Below, piece after piece: positions 34,681 to 46,746 of a DNA stretch of 48,843 nt. Positions within the stretch are counted from its first letter, which is position 1. Each line of letters starts with the position of its first letter. The position numbers were made by a program, and so were the translations under genes. Under the pieces are notes generated by a model. It was given only the letters and a program-made list of their open reading frames with translations, searched no databases and was not told where the DNA came from. This stretch comes from Chiloscyllium plagiosum (Eukaryota): NCBI RefSeq assembly GCF_004010195.1, contig NC_057757.1:1654939-1703781 (forward strand), read 5' to 3'.

Positions 34681-36215
34681 ATCTCCATCATAGACATGCA
34701 GAAGATTAAAGAAAGGAGTTGGACAAGAATTGTAGGACATCAGGGCTCTCAGAGGATTGGATGGCTGGAGGAAATAAAAGGCACAGGAAAAGGTGAGGCC
34801 ATGAAGGGGTTTCCATTCAGAATGCAAATTATATTTGTATCAAGATCCATAAAAACTTCAGGAAAATGGATTATACCATGCCCATGTTATTTCCCCACAT
34901 CAACTAGGTCAGATCTTCCTCAGGAGTAATGATGGCTAATTCTATATTGGCCTCTCTGTGGTGCTAAACTTATTTGAATCAAACATCTGCTACTCATGAT
35001 TATATAAATAAATCCAAGTCAGGATATTCCGAAACCCGAAACGTCGATTCTCCTGCTCCCTGGATGCTGCCTGACCTGCTGTGCTTTTCCAGCAACACAT
35101 TTTCAGCTTTTGCAAAACAAACCCCATTATTTAAGAAAGGAAGGATAGAGACAATGAGTCCGTTTATTACCCATTGATTACCTAATGTCAGTCGTAGGGA
35201 AAGTGATAGAATCTATCACAAAAGATGTGAGAACTGGAGCTTGAGTTGAATGATTTATTGTTGGTTGTATTTAACGAATAAATACAATGAAAAGTGTAAC
35301 ATGTTACAATGCTCTGGTGCCATTTCGATTAACAGCAGAGATTAAGACAAAAGACTGAAATTAAAATATAAGACTTAAATATATGTAAAAACAGAGTTCA
35401 TCATCCTCCCTTCTTATGCTCCATTTGACATTGAAGGGGTCTCTACAACTGGCTCTGGATCCAGCAATGCCCCCGCATCACAGTCGATTTCAGGAGTACC
35501 AATTCAGGTCTACCGCATTGCTGCAGCTGAAGCCCGACATCTCTGATTCTGACGCACTGCAGATGCCTCCTTCTCTGCAAATGTGGCCCTGATGACCATT
35601 CCCCTGTTTTGACACCGTCAGCGCCAAAGGCCAACTAACATTTAAATCGCTGATCATCAGGTGCCATGTTTTGCCAGTGGGCTTTACCAGTGTAGCAGCC
35701 ACCGATGCCATAATCAGGATCTGTGCTTGCCTCACCCGCCAACTTCTCTGCTGCCATTTTATTGGAATTTTCTCCCACAAGTCCATGTTGGGCCCACTCG
35801 AGTCTGCACTAGGCTCAGTTGCCACTGTCGATGCTGTCGCCGTGACCAAGCTCTTCGCCGGAGTTAAGTACAAACCAAGTAAATGGGAAAAGAGGAAAGC
35901 GAAGGAATCATCAAACCAGTCCAATTTGCAGAATGGGCAGCACCAGTCATACTGATTTTGAAGCTCAATGGTTTGGTTTGCCTTCCTTAAAGAAAAGTAC
36001 CTACATAACCTGGCATCCATACTGACGCCTTTCCTTCCATTTCTCAAAAAGCACCAGCCTTAGAAACGTTCCCATTGACAAGCACGGGTTTTCAATGAAG
36101 TAAAGAAATAGATGTCATCATCTAAGGAGTGAACACACTTTGATCCCAAGAAAGATCTGGTATTGACATGCAATGCCTTGCTGTACTGCATCGGGTTAGT
36201 ATTAGCTCATGGGTG

Positions 36216-36420
36216 AAAGTGAGGACTGTAGATGCTGGAGATTAGAATCAAGATTAGAGCGATGCTGGAAATGCACAGCAGGTCAGGCAGCATCAGAGGA
36301 GTAGGAAAATCGACATTTCAGGCAGGAGCCCTTCATCAGAAAGGGCACCTGCCCGAGATGTCGATTTTCCTGCTCCTCCGATGCTGCCTGACCTGCTGTG
36401 CATTTCCAGCACCACTCTAA
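36216..36420. mobile_element. Fold-back Penelope derivative with 16-bp TSD and CpG-decayed hammerhead
   Basis: Inverted arms centred near 36340; TSD TATTAGCTCATRGGTG at 36200-36215 and 36421-36436. Confidence 0.8.
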
Positions 36421-36766
36421 TATTAGCTCATAGGTGGTCCAATGGAGAGGAACACCCAATAGTGTATGCATCCAGGACTCCGGCTAATGCAGAACGTAAA
36501 TACATCCCAATAGAAAAAGAAGAAATTGGCAATCACACCATTATGGACAAAAATCTGCGAAAATCACAGTATGCAACTGTCTACTTGGTTTACTTAAAGG
36601 GCAGTGCAACCTTTGAAGGCTGGCTTGAAGAAATAGCCTATAGCCTGGCTAGATACCAAGTTGTCACAATTCATATTTGATTACATGATTACCCCCATAT
36701 GCAACTACAGGGATAGCACTGGCAGAGGGGCTAATAGGTAGAAGACTCCCACCAGTTTGTCTGGAC

Positions 36767-38135
36767 ATAGAGTCATAGAAAAGGACAGCACAGAAACTCA
36801 CCCTTTGGTCCCACTCAACCATGCTGACCAGATATCCTAACCTAATCTAGTCCCATTTGCCAGCACTTGGACCATATCCCTCTAAACCTTCCTATTCATA
36901 TACCTATCCAGGTGCCTCTTAAATGCTGCAATTGTACCAGCCTCCATCACTTCCTCTGGCAGCTCATTCCATACATGCATCACACTCTGCCTGAAAAACT
37001 TGCCACTTAGGTCCCTTTTATATCTTTCTCTTCTCACTCTCGAGCTCTGGAATCCCCCACCCCAGGGAAAAAATTTTAAAAATTAGATTACATTACAGTG
37101 TGGAAACAGGCCCTTCGGCCCAACAAGTCCACACCGACCCGCCGAAGCGCAACCCACCCCTACATTTACCCCTTACCTAACACTACGGGCAATTTCGCAT
37201 GGCCAATTCACCTAACCTGCACATCTTTGGACTGTGGGAGGAAACTGGAGCACCCGGAGGAAACCCACTTATTCAGCTTCTCCCAACAGCTCAAATCCTC
37301 CAACCCTGCCAACATCCTTGTAAATCTTTTCTGAGCCCTTTCAAGTTTCACAACATCCTTCCAATAGGAAAGAGACCAGAAATGCACACAATATTCCAAA
37401 AGTGGCCTAACCAATGTCCTGTACAGCTGCAACATGACCTCCCAATTCCTATACTCAATGCTCTGACCAATAAAGGAAAACGTACCAATGCCTTCTTCAC
37501 TATCCTATGTACCTGCGACTCTTACTTTCAAGGAACTATGAACCTGCATTTCAAGGTCTCTTTGTTCAGCAACACACCCTAGGATCTTACCATTAAGTGT
37601 ATAAGTCCTGCTCTGATTTGCTTTCCCAAAATGCAGCACCTCGCATTTATCTGAATTAAACTCCATCTGCCACTCCTCAGCCCATTGGCCCATCTGGTCC
37701 AGATCCTGTTGTAATCTGCGGTAACCCTCTTCAGCTGTTCAATTTTGGTATCATCTGCAAATTCACTAACTATATCTCCTATGTTGACATCCAAGTCATT
37801 TATATAAATGACGAAACGTAGTAGACCCAGCACCGATCCTTGTGGCACTCCACTGGTCAGAGGCCTCCAGTCTGAAAAACAACCCTCCACCACCACCCTC
37901 TGTCTTCTACCTTTGAGCCAGTTCTGTATGCAAATGGTACTTCTCCCTGTATTCCATGAGGTCTAACTTTGCTCACCAGTTGCCTATGAGGAACCTTATC
38001 AAACGCCTTACTGAAGTCCATATGGATCACATCCACCTTTGTTACTTCTTCAAAAAGATTCAATCGCAGTTTGTGAGGCATGAAGTCCCATGCACAAATC
38101 AATGTGGACTATCCCTAATCAGTCTTTGCTTTTTC
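36767..38135 (-). mobile_element. CR1 LINE 3' part with nested V-SINE (37083-37268)
   Basis: DFSKAFDKVPH, SGVPQGSVLG..YINDL..FADDTK, WQMEFNSDKCEVLHFG, LVRPLLEYC. Confidence 0.88.
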
Positions 38136-38769
38136 AGATCTTCCACACCTGGTGAAACAGCATCAGGAATTCCAATGCAGGACATGAGACTCTGCCAAGC
38201 GAGAGACTCAGTTTGATACAGTGGACGAAGTTTGGTGTAAGAATCACACAAATAGTCCCATATGGGTAAGAGGCATGGTAGGTCTGAGGTCGGGCCCAGT
38301 GATGTATAAAGTCCAAGTAGGTGCAATAGTCCTGAACAAGCGTGTGGACTACATGAAAGTAGCTAAATCACAAATGGTATGGGAGCAAACCTTGTCCTGC
38401 ACCTCAGAACAATTGGAAATGCTGCCTGAACCAGAAGATTCATCCTCTCTATCAAATTTTGGTGGGTTCTCAGAATCAGAGATGAACATGACGATTGTAG
38501 CCACCTCGACACCTTTGCTGCTGCAAGTAGAGAGTGAAGTTCTACTGTGCAGTCCTGGCATAAGAGACGACCTCCCACATGTTACACACCACCTGTATCC
38601 GAAGCGGAGGCAGACAAACTGGACCAGGTGCTAGAAAAGGGACTGAGCTATGGACACAGGAGGTGGGGAGGTGAAGTGATTGTAATGAGATCAGCAAGCT
38701 AAACCTCACAGAATATAAGTTCTCTGATTGGTGCTATTAATCTGATCCAATCAAATAACCCTGGCTAAC

Positions 38770-39435
38770 AAAAGGATTGGTCTGTGGTGCTGTGGAGTCC
38801 ATGGACCACGTGTATATTGGGTGTGGGTGTTTGCACTCCCTTTTTGATTTTCTTAAAAACCTTCTCTGCTTTTGGTTGCACTTCAGTCCCACGCTCCTGA
38901 TCTTTGGGCACCTGGTACGGAGGAGGGAGGGCAGGTCTGAAGACCTCCTCGTGGGTCTGCTCCTGGGCCTGGCCAAACTGGCCATCAACAGGTCCAGGCA
39001 GCGGGCCGTGGAGGGGGTCGTTAGGGCCGACTGCCTGCCCCTCTTCCGCGGCTACGTTAGAGCCCGGGTGTCCTTGGAGAAGGAGCACGCGGTGTCGACC
39101 AACACCCTGGAGTTGTTCAGGGAGAGGTGGGCGCTGCAGGGAGTGGAGTGCATTATTTCCCCCTCCAACTCTATTTTGATTTAGTCCCTGCCCTCCCCTT
39201 CACTGTTTGATCACACAGCACTGCCCTTTTGTGAAGGGCAGTGCTTGTCACTGGCCACTGGAGTGTTTTCCTATCTTCCTTGTGGTGAAACTAAATAAAG
39301 ATTCGAGAACCTTGTGTCTCTCACTGTGTCTCACACCTGCACACGCACACCATGGGTGCTGGGGAAAAATAAGCACTACCGCATTTAGGCGGTAGTGTGG
39401 GGTAAAAAGAAAAATAAAAAAGTAGAAAAAAGAAG
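38770..39435 (+). mobile_element. 5'-truncated Tx1/L1-clade LINE with 3' UTR and A-rich tail
   Basis: Open ORF 38777-39184 (CGAVESMDHVYIGC..L..LF..LLLGLAKLAI..SR..FRERW); GC-rich; A-rich end near 39404-39435. Confidence 0.75.
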
Positions 39436-39967
39436 TGTCACGACTCCTCTGAGAGCCAGAAAAGAAGAAGAGAAGTAAAAAAATAAACGGGACTGTCAGA
39501 AACGGTTCAAATAGATTCTCAGCCACAATCTAGAACTACTGACCAGATTTAAAGGGCAGAATGGTCTACTCCTGCTATCTCAGAGTGGTATATAAACATA
39601 ATGATCATTTGAAATTCTCAAAGATGCTAGGATACTGTAAAGGAAGACAATGTCTTGTGATTGTCAATTTTAGTATAATTCTTTCCTCAAGACACATGAC
39701 ACATGTGAAGCAGTTGTATGCTATTCATATCACTGGATAAATAATACAGAGGCCCCAAGTTAATGTTCCATGGGCTTGTGTTCCAATCCTGCGATAGAGG
39801 GTGACATATGTTTTCAATAAAAATCTAGAATAATAATATTTTAACTTAATATTTGACACCACGTCCCAGAAACATGTTTTTTAAAAGGTAATAACAAAGA
39901 GGAAGTGATGGCCTAGTGGTACTATCACTGGACTATTCAATCCAAAGCTCAGCTAATGTTCTGGGGA

Positions 39968-40137
39968 AAACAATGACTGCAGATGCTGGGTCAGTGGTGC
40001 TGGAAGAGCACAGCAGTTCAGGCAGCATCAGAGGAGCAGCGAAATTGACGTTTCGGGCAAAAGCCCTTCATCAGGATTTTACTGCTCCTCGGATGCTGCC
40101 TGAACTGCTGTGCTCTTCCAGCACCACTAATCCAGAA
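39968..40137. mobile_element. Fold-back Penelope derivative with 14-bp TSD; hammerhead motif at 40044-40077 (-)
   Basis: Arms AGTGGTGCTGGAAGAGCACAGCAGTTCAGGCAGCATC and its reverse complement; TSD TAATGTTCTGGGGA at 39954-39967 and 40138-40151. Confidence 0.85.
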
Positions 40138-40764
40138 TAATGTTCTGGGGAGCTGGGTTCAAATCCTGCCATGAATAAAAACAAAAAAAAAATCTGGAAT
40201 TAAGAATCTACTGATAACCATAAAACCATTACTGGTTGTCAGGAAAAGTGCATCTGATGCCCTTGAGGGATGGAAATCTGCTGTCCAGAAGGACAGCAAT
40301 ATGGATGACTGTCATCTGCCCTCTGAAAAGACCCAGCACACTACATGTCCAAGGGCAGCTAAAGATAGGGCCCATGTTCCCACAAGTGAACAAGAAAGAA
40401 AACATAACCATTGGCTGAAAAACCGAAGACTTTCACTTTACAAGGTTCGTTCTTTTTTCTCACTGAGATTAGTTGGGGGATGCTATATTCTCAGGGAATG
40501 TATGGGCTTGGTCTAATTTACTGTACTTAACTACAGTTACAAAGGTCACTATTGGAAGGTGTAAGCAACATGCACTTCAACTTGCTCTGACACTTCCTTC
40601 ACTATTGTGCAGTGGATGGTTGATTCGCCTTTTGAATTAGGTTTGCCTTTACCCGGAGACAGCTGAAAAACCTCTGACGTTCTAACTTCAACCATTTTAA
40701 TTCGTATTTCGTTTTGCTGCTTCCAAGTCTGGTTTCCAATCCAATTTTAAAAAGGAGAAATACA

Positions 40765-40822
40765 ATGTACAACACAAAAGCTGTTGCATACTTGTACTGC
40801 CTGGTTTTTGCTACAACTTCAG
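40765..40822 (+). CDS. Probable first coding (signal peptide) exon of an unidentified secreted or membrane protein: MYNTKAVAYLYCLVFATTS/G
   Basis: ACAATG start context, Lys followed by a hydrophobic stretch and small residues, consensus CAG|GTGAGT phase-1 donor, 58 bp, in sequence with no recognisable repeat. Confidence 0.55.
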
Positions 40823-41654
40823 GTGAGTCGCAATACGATATATATTCCTTGGTAACACTCATTGTGAATTTTGGATTGGTGTTTCCCCAAAATCAAAGGC
40901 AGATTTTTATCTGCCTTATACCTGGACTGCACTCAGTTCCTAGGCACCGGTTGGAAGGAATGGGACAGATACAGATTGTGCCTGATGTTTTCAATACAGG
41001 CAACATACAAAGCATGGTTTTGAGGCAGAATGACTCTCATAGGGTTGAAAAGCCAGATGTAACAACATGAACTGTGAATTTTCTGAGAAAAGAATCCCAG
41101 TTTATAAGAAACAAGTGAATATTGCTTGGAGCTGGTGGAAGCTGTTTATGTTGACTGGTGGCTTTGGAATTCAACCAGTATGGCAATAATATAATGAATT
41201 GTTCAAAGATTCTTTGATGGTACCCATCATTGAGGTAGTTATTAAACTAGCAAATTACAACCTCTATTTTCTTTTTAACTTATCCCTTAACTGACAGTCT
41301 GTGTGTGAAAGTAATTGTTATGACTAAAGAAGTTTGGGTTTAAATCACAGACATTAATTAGATTATCTTGTTGTTTAGGTTTGCCTAAAGTTACAGTATT
41401 AATAGTAAATTGTTAATTTTGGTTTAAGCTAGACATTTGGTTCTGGTATCTGTTATTTTTAAAGTCTGGTTAGGGATAAGAGGGCAATTTTGAGGGTCAT
41501 CGAATGCTTAAATTCTGCTGTGTTGTGAATCCGATGTTAGCGAGTCTGATTTGGTCTGACTTGTTCTCCCTGTGTCATAACAGTATGGATCACTGCACTT
41601 TACTTCAGATGTTCACCTCGCAAAGGCAATAATACCAATACTTCATACTCTTAT

Positions 41655-42500
41655 ACAGTCACAGAGCCCTACAGCGCAGAGACAGGCCTTTCGACCCAAA
41701 CTGGTCCATGCTGACCAAAATGTCCATCTACGCTAACCCCATTTCCTTACACTTGATCCATATCCTTAGAAGCCTTTCCTATTCGAGTATTTGTCCAAAT
41801 GCTTTATAAATGCTGTTAACATACCCGCCTTAACTACTTGCGCTGGCAGCAGTTTCCATATACATACCACCTTCTGTGTAAAAAAGTTTCCCCTCAGGTT
41901 CTCGATTATTCTTTTCCCTCTAAGTTTAAACTGATGCCCTCCAGTCCCAACCATGGCAAAAAAGAGCGGGTGCATTCACTCTTTCTATGCCGCTCATAAT
42001 CTTATACACTTCTATAAGATCCCCTCTCAGTCAACTACCCTCAAAAGGAAAAGGTCCTAGCCTGTCCAATATATCCCTGTAACTCAGATCTTTGAGTCCT
42101 AGCAACACCGTTCTAAATTTCTTCAGCATTCTTCCCAGTTTAATAACATCCTTCCTATAGCAAGGTGACCAAAACTGAACATAATACTCCAAGTGCAGCC
42201 TCACTTGTGTCCTGTACAACTGCAACATAGCTTCCCAACCTCTATACTCAGTGCCCTGACTGATGATGATCATTGTGCCAAAAGCCTTCTTCACTGCCCT
42301 GTCTACATGTGACTCCACTTTCAGACAACCATGCACCTGGACTCTAAGGTCTCTCTGTTCCACGGCACACCTTAAGACCCAACCATTCACTATGAAACTC
42401 CTACCTTAATTTGACTTTCCAAAATGCAAGACCTCACACTTATCTACATCAAACTCCATTGCCATTTCTCGGCCCACTTTCCCAGCTGATCAAGGTCCTG
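41655..42500 (-). mobile_element. CR1 LINE 3' part
   Basis: VEQRDLRVQVH..VKKAFG..HLEYYVQFWSP; FFTQKVVCIW. Confidence 0.85.
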
Positions 42501-42647
42501 CTGTTGAATATTTGTCTGCACATTCTCTTATTTGTGAAATTTTCAATTGGTCTTGTGCTACCCTACATGCTCCAGTGATTCTTTCTAGAAACATGGACAT
42601 GTAATCCAACACTAAGGATTTAATTATTTGTTTCAAGGACTTCTCCC

Positions 42648-43192
42648 TAGTCATAGAGGTGTACAGCATGGAAACAGACCCTACGGCCCAACCCGTCAAT
42701 GCAGACCAGATATCCCAACCCAATCTAGTCCCAGCTGCCAGCACCCGGCCCATATCCCTCCAAACCCTTCCTATTCATATACCCATCCAAATGCCTCTTA
42801 AATGTCGCAATTGTACCAGCCTCCACCACTTCCTCTGGCAGCTCATTCCATACACGTACCACCCTCTGTGTGAAAAGTTGCCCCCTCGGTCTCTTTTATA
42901 TCCTTCCCCTCTCACCCTGAACCTATGCCCTCTAGTTCTGGACTCCCCGACCCCAGGGAAAAGACTTTGTCTATTTACCCTCTCCATGCGCCTCATAATT
43001 TTGTCAACCTCTATAAGGTCACCCCTCAGCCTCCGACACTCCAGGGAAAACAGCCCCAGCCTGTTCAGCCTCTCCCTACAGCTCAAATCCTCCAACCCTG
43101 GCAACATCCTTGTAAATCTTTTCTGAACCCTTTCAAGTTTCACAACATCTTTCCGATAGGAAAGAGACCAGAATTCCACACAATATTCCAAC
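42648..43192 (-). mobile_element. CR1 LINE 3' end
   Basis: ORF 42775-43191 LERVQKRFTRMLPGL..RRLRGDLIEV..TRGH, plus 3' UTR. Confidence 0.9.
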
Positions 43193-44215
43193 AGTAAACT
43201 TTAATGGAACTCTAATATCATAGCTATAGATCATTTCAAATGGATTAAAGCCAGTAGATTTATTTGGTGAATCCTGTGTATCAAATAATTTAAAAATAAA
43301 ACTAATCCTTTTGTTCCAATGCTGTGGATACTTAGGAAAATATGTTTTAATCATTGTTTTGAGAGTCTGCTAATATCCATCTGATGGTCTGGTGAAAAAA
43401 ATCCAAGTTTGTCCAAACTCTCCTTGTAGCTGATACACTTCAATCCAGGCAACATCCTGGTAAACCTCTTTTGCATTCTGTCCAAGGCCTCCGCACTCGT
43501 CCTGTTGTGTGGTGATCACAACTGTGTACAATACTCCAAATGTGACCGAACTAAAGTTGAATCCAGCTGCAACATTACTTACCAACTTCTACACTCAATG
43601 CCCTGACTGATTAAGGCAAGCATACTGTACGCCTGCTTTATCACGTTCTCCACTTGTGTTGCCACTTTTCACGAGTTACGGATTTGCTCTGTATCTCAAT
43701 GCTCCTCAGGAAATCAAACTTTTATTTTTAATTATCCTAATTCTTAAATAGAGTTTAGGCTACTTAATATTTTTTAGCATATTAATGTGACCTTTTGGTG
43801 ATGAACTTGTTTAGCTGTTGCTCTCGTCACTATACACAATGAAAATTTATCTGGAACCTGATGTTCTAATTGTACCATCTCTTCAGCCACAACTCGATTT
43901 TCCATAATTATCAATGAAACTGCATCCTTCAGTCCCATTAAATCATTCCCCAGGAGTAAATCAACTCAGGAGTAAATCAACCATGGTAATTTCGTAACTA
44001 CTGTGACTACTACTAGTCTAAATGAACATTGTATAATGGAAATGAGATATAATCTCCAAGAATCCCATTTACATTGGCTTTCATTGAACCCTCTGGAGGA
44101 AGAACTGTTTCCTTCTCCAGCAAAAGACTTTGAGTAGCCCCTGTATTCCTTACAATAGTTATAAGCTTGGTGTAAACACAGCACTGTTTATCTCCAGCCA
44201 TTTGTAGTCAGTTAC
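43193..44215 (-). mobile_element. Old Gypsy (probably Gmr1-like) protease/integrase fragments with a nested CR1 piece (about 43395-43700)
   Basis: STGFNPFEMIYSYDIRVPL (integrase core) at 43193-43370; protease-like GVD..GNDL near 43940-43970. Confidence 0.55.
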
Positions 44216-44225
44216 AATTCGATGG

Positions 44226-46120
44226 TGTGATGATACTGTGGCTTTAAGTGGTATGTTTTGTCTTGGTTTCTTTTTGACAGGGATTGGGGACAGGTGGCAA
44301 GCACTGTGTAAGAAGATAAAGAACTTTAAAAAAATCTAATCTTGGCTGTTTCTTTTACATTTGAACAATAGAAGCAGCCTGAATGGGTGTGGCCAAACTG
44401 CCACAGTACCAGGATCTTTAATTTAGCTTTGAGAAGTTGTTGCTAGGGTTGCTGTCGGGTTGGAAGGAGTGAATCAGTTGCTACAGTCTCTCTCAGAATG
44501 GTCTTTTGATGTTCTTTCATCCTGAACTGGAGAACTACATATGAGTCAATCTGATTTCTGAATTCTCCTTTTGCCAAGGGTGTGTTTATAGGATGTTGCT
44601 TTGTTGGACCAATTAATTAGTAACAGTTACTCTAGCAATTGTTCTGTTAAATGTTCCAATTGAGTTAAGTTATTCCTTCTTTCTTTTGTTGTATTTCAAT
44701 TATAGTCGATGAATAAAGTGTGTTTTGCTTTAAATCCGGTAGTTTGACCAATCAAATTGTATTTGGAATGCAACACCTTATCTTTACCTTTAAAATATGA
44801 AAAAGTTATGATCTTGACTGTCTTCTGAATAGTTTGAGGGGGTTTTGTCTGGTCCATAACGAATTGAGGGCTCTTGATGGGATCAAAATTTATGATTCCA
44901 AGTTGGGTTCAAGATTATTGGACTCAAAGGTAGCGAGTGGTAAATGCTGGTGTCTTTTATTTCAGGTGTTGAATTGGGTTGGTTTAATCTGGGTGTCCCT
45001 TGTGTAATAATGGCTCTTTCAGTCACTAAAAGATTCCTGGGGGGTGGAAGAAGTCACTTCGGAAGCTTTAGAGAAAGTGAGCAAGATAAAACTTTAAAAA
45101 TTGGCAAACAAACTGAACGTGGAGTTGCCTGTACCTGTAAGAAAAGGGAAAGTGCTGTGGCAGTCATGTAGAATTTGCAGTTGCCTGGAATGCCAATGGA
45201 ATCTTCGGAAAACACTACATTTCAATTGAAAATGAAGCCGCTTGAACATGAGAAGGAAGTTTGAATTATGATTGAAAGCGGAGGAAAAGCAGAGAGAGAC
45301 AATAGCTCTCGCAGAGGAAATTGAAAAGGAAAGGATAGCCTTAGCAGAAGGGAGAAAGAGAGAGAGAAGAAAAGTAGAAAGAGAGAATGTTTGAACTTCA
45401 GACATTGGTAATTAAAGAAGAAAGTTGAGTTAAAAGGGCAGAGGTGAAGGTAAAAGGTAGACTTAGTGAGAAGAACAGTGATGACAAACAAACCCATCAT
45501 AGCCAAAGGCCTGGTAAGGATCTGTTTAAATATGTCCAAACATTGCCTTAGTTGACGAGAAAGCTAAAAAGCTGCACTAGAATGTATAACCTGGTCAGGG
45601 GTTAGTTGAGAAGGAACTGCCAGATGTCTTTAAACAATTTACTTGCAAGGGTAAGGTTTACCAATGTACGTCAGGAGGAGGGTAAAGAAATCAAAATTTT
45701 GAGAGATATGGGAGCAAGTCAATCTTTGATGGTGAGACATTAGAAGATACGTAATTCAAAAGGAGCAATGCCAGAAAAGGTGGTAATATGTGGAATTCAT
45801 GGTAAGAAGAGCAGCGTTCCATCATATAAAGTGAGGTTGGAGAGTCTGGTGAAAAGTGGTGAAGTGGTAGTAGAAGTAATAGAGAAATTCTCGGTTCCAG
45901 GATTACAACTGATCCTTGGTAATGATATAGCTGGATCACAGGTGAGAGTGAGGCCTACTGTGGTTGAAAAGCTAGTGGAAAATCAAGCAACTGAGGTATC
46001 ACAGGAAATCATATTACAGGAAGAGATTTTTCCCGACTATTTGGTTAGAAGGTCACAAAGCCTAATGTTAAAGCAGGAAAAAATACAAAGAATAAAGGTA
46101 AGGAAGTTGAAGTTCATTTG
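44226..46120 (+). mobile_element. Gmr1-type Gypsy element: 5' LTR (44226-44861), PBS, degenerate gag, protease
   Basis: LTR similar to 5848-6448 (TGTGATGAT start, GCCAAGGG, CTTGACTGTCTTC..TTTGAGGG..CCATAAC end); PBS-like TGAGGGCTC..GGGAT resembling a tRNA-Pro PBS; ILRDMGASQSL and LILGNDIAG protease motifs. Confidence 0.78.
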
Positions 46121-46745
46121 TCAGAGAGTCCATTCATCGGTCAAAAGACGGCAGGGAAGAAGCTGTTCTTGAACCTGCTGGTGCGTGTGTTTAAGCTTCT
46201 GCATCTTCTGCCATATGGAAGAGGTTGTAGGAGAGCATTACTGGGATGGGACTTTGATGATATTGGCAGTCTTTCTGTGGCAATGTATAAATGGTGTCCA
46301 CAGAAGGAAGTTTGGCTTCCATGATGGTCTGGGCTCCGCTCACAATCTTCTGTAGTTTCTTACGTTCCTGGGCAGAGCAGTTGTCATACCCAGGCTGGTA
46401 TGCAGCTGGACAGTACACTTTCTATTGTGCATCTGAAAAGGTTGTGGAGGGTCCTCATGGACATGCCAAATTCCCTGAGCCGCCTGAGGAAGTAGAGGCA
46501 TTGTTGTGCCTTATTGACTGTCTCATCTACGTGGGACGTTCAGGGTAGGTTGTCGGTCATCAGCACTCCTGGGAACTTGGCGCTCTCCACCCTTTCAACC
46601 TGCATTCCGTCGATGTAGATGAGGGCATGTTCTCCTCCTTTCTTTCTGAAGTTCTTTAGTTTTGCTGACATCGAGAGAGAGGCTGTTATCATTGCACCAC
46701 ATCGCCAAGCCCTCTATCTCCTTTCTGTATTCTGATTCATCGTTG
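46121..46745 (-). mobile_element. Rex1/Babar-like LINE 3' fragment
   Basis: KAQQCLYFLRRLR.FG-like and NCSAQERKKLQKIV..AQTI motifs. Confidence 0.6.
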
Positions 46746-46746
46746 T

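Larger units (their letters stand above)
36090..38760 (+). mobile_element. Fragmented Gypsy-type LTR retrotransposon (RNase H, integrase C-terminus, PPT/LTR start), interrupted by Penelope, CR1 and SINE
   Basis: HFDPKKDLVLTC..GLVLAH/RWSNGEEHPIVYASRT..AERKY..IEKE; W..G.V..RSGPVMYKVQV (38221-38360); purine tract at about 38655-38670. Confidence 0.7.

Noticed and set aside
35490..36047. 185-aa minus-strand ORF as a host gene
   Set aside because: No recognisable domain, embedded among TE fragments; more likely an unclassified repeat, family not assignable by eye.
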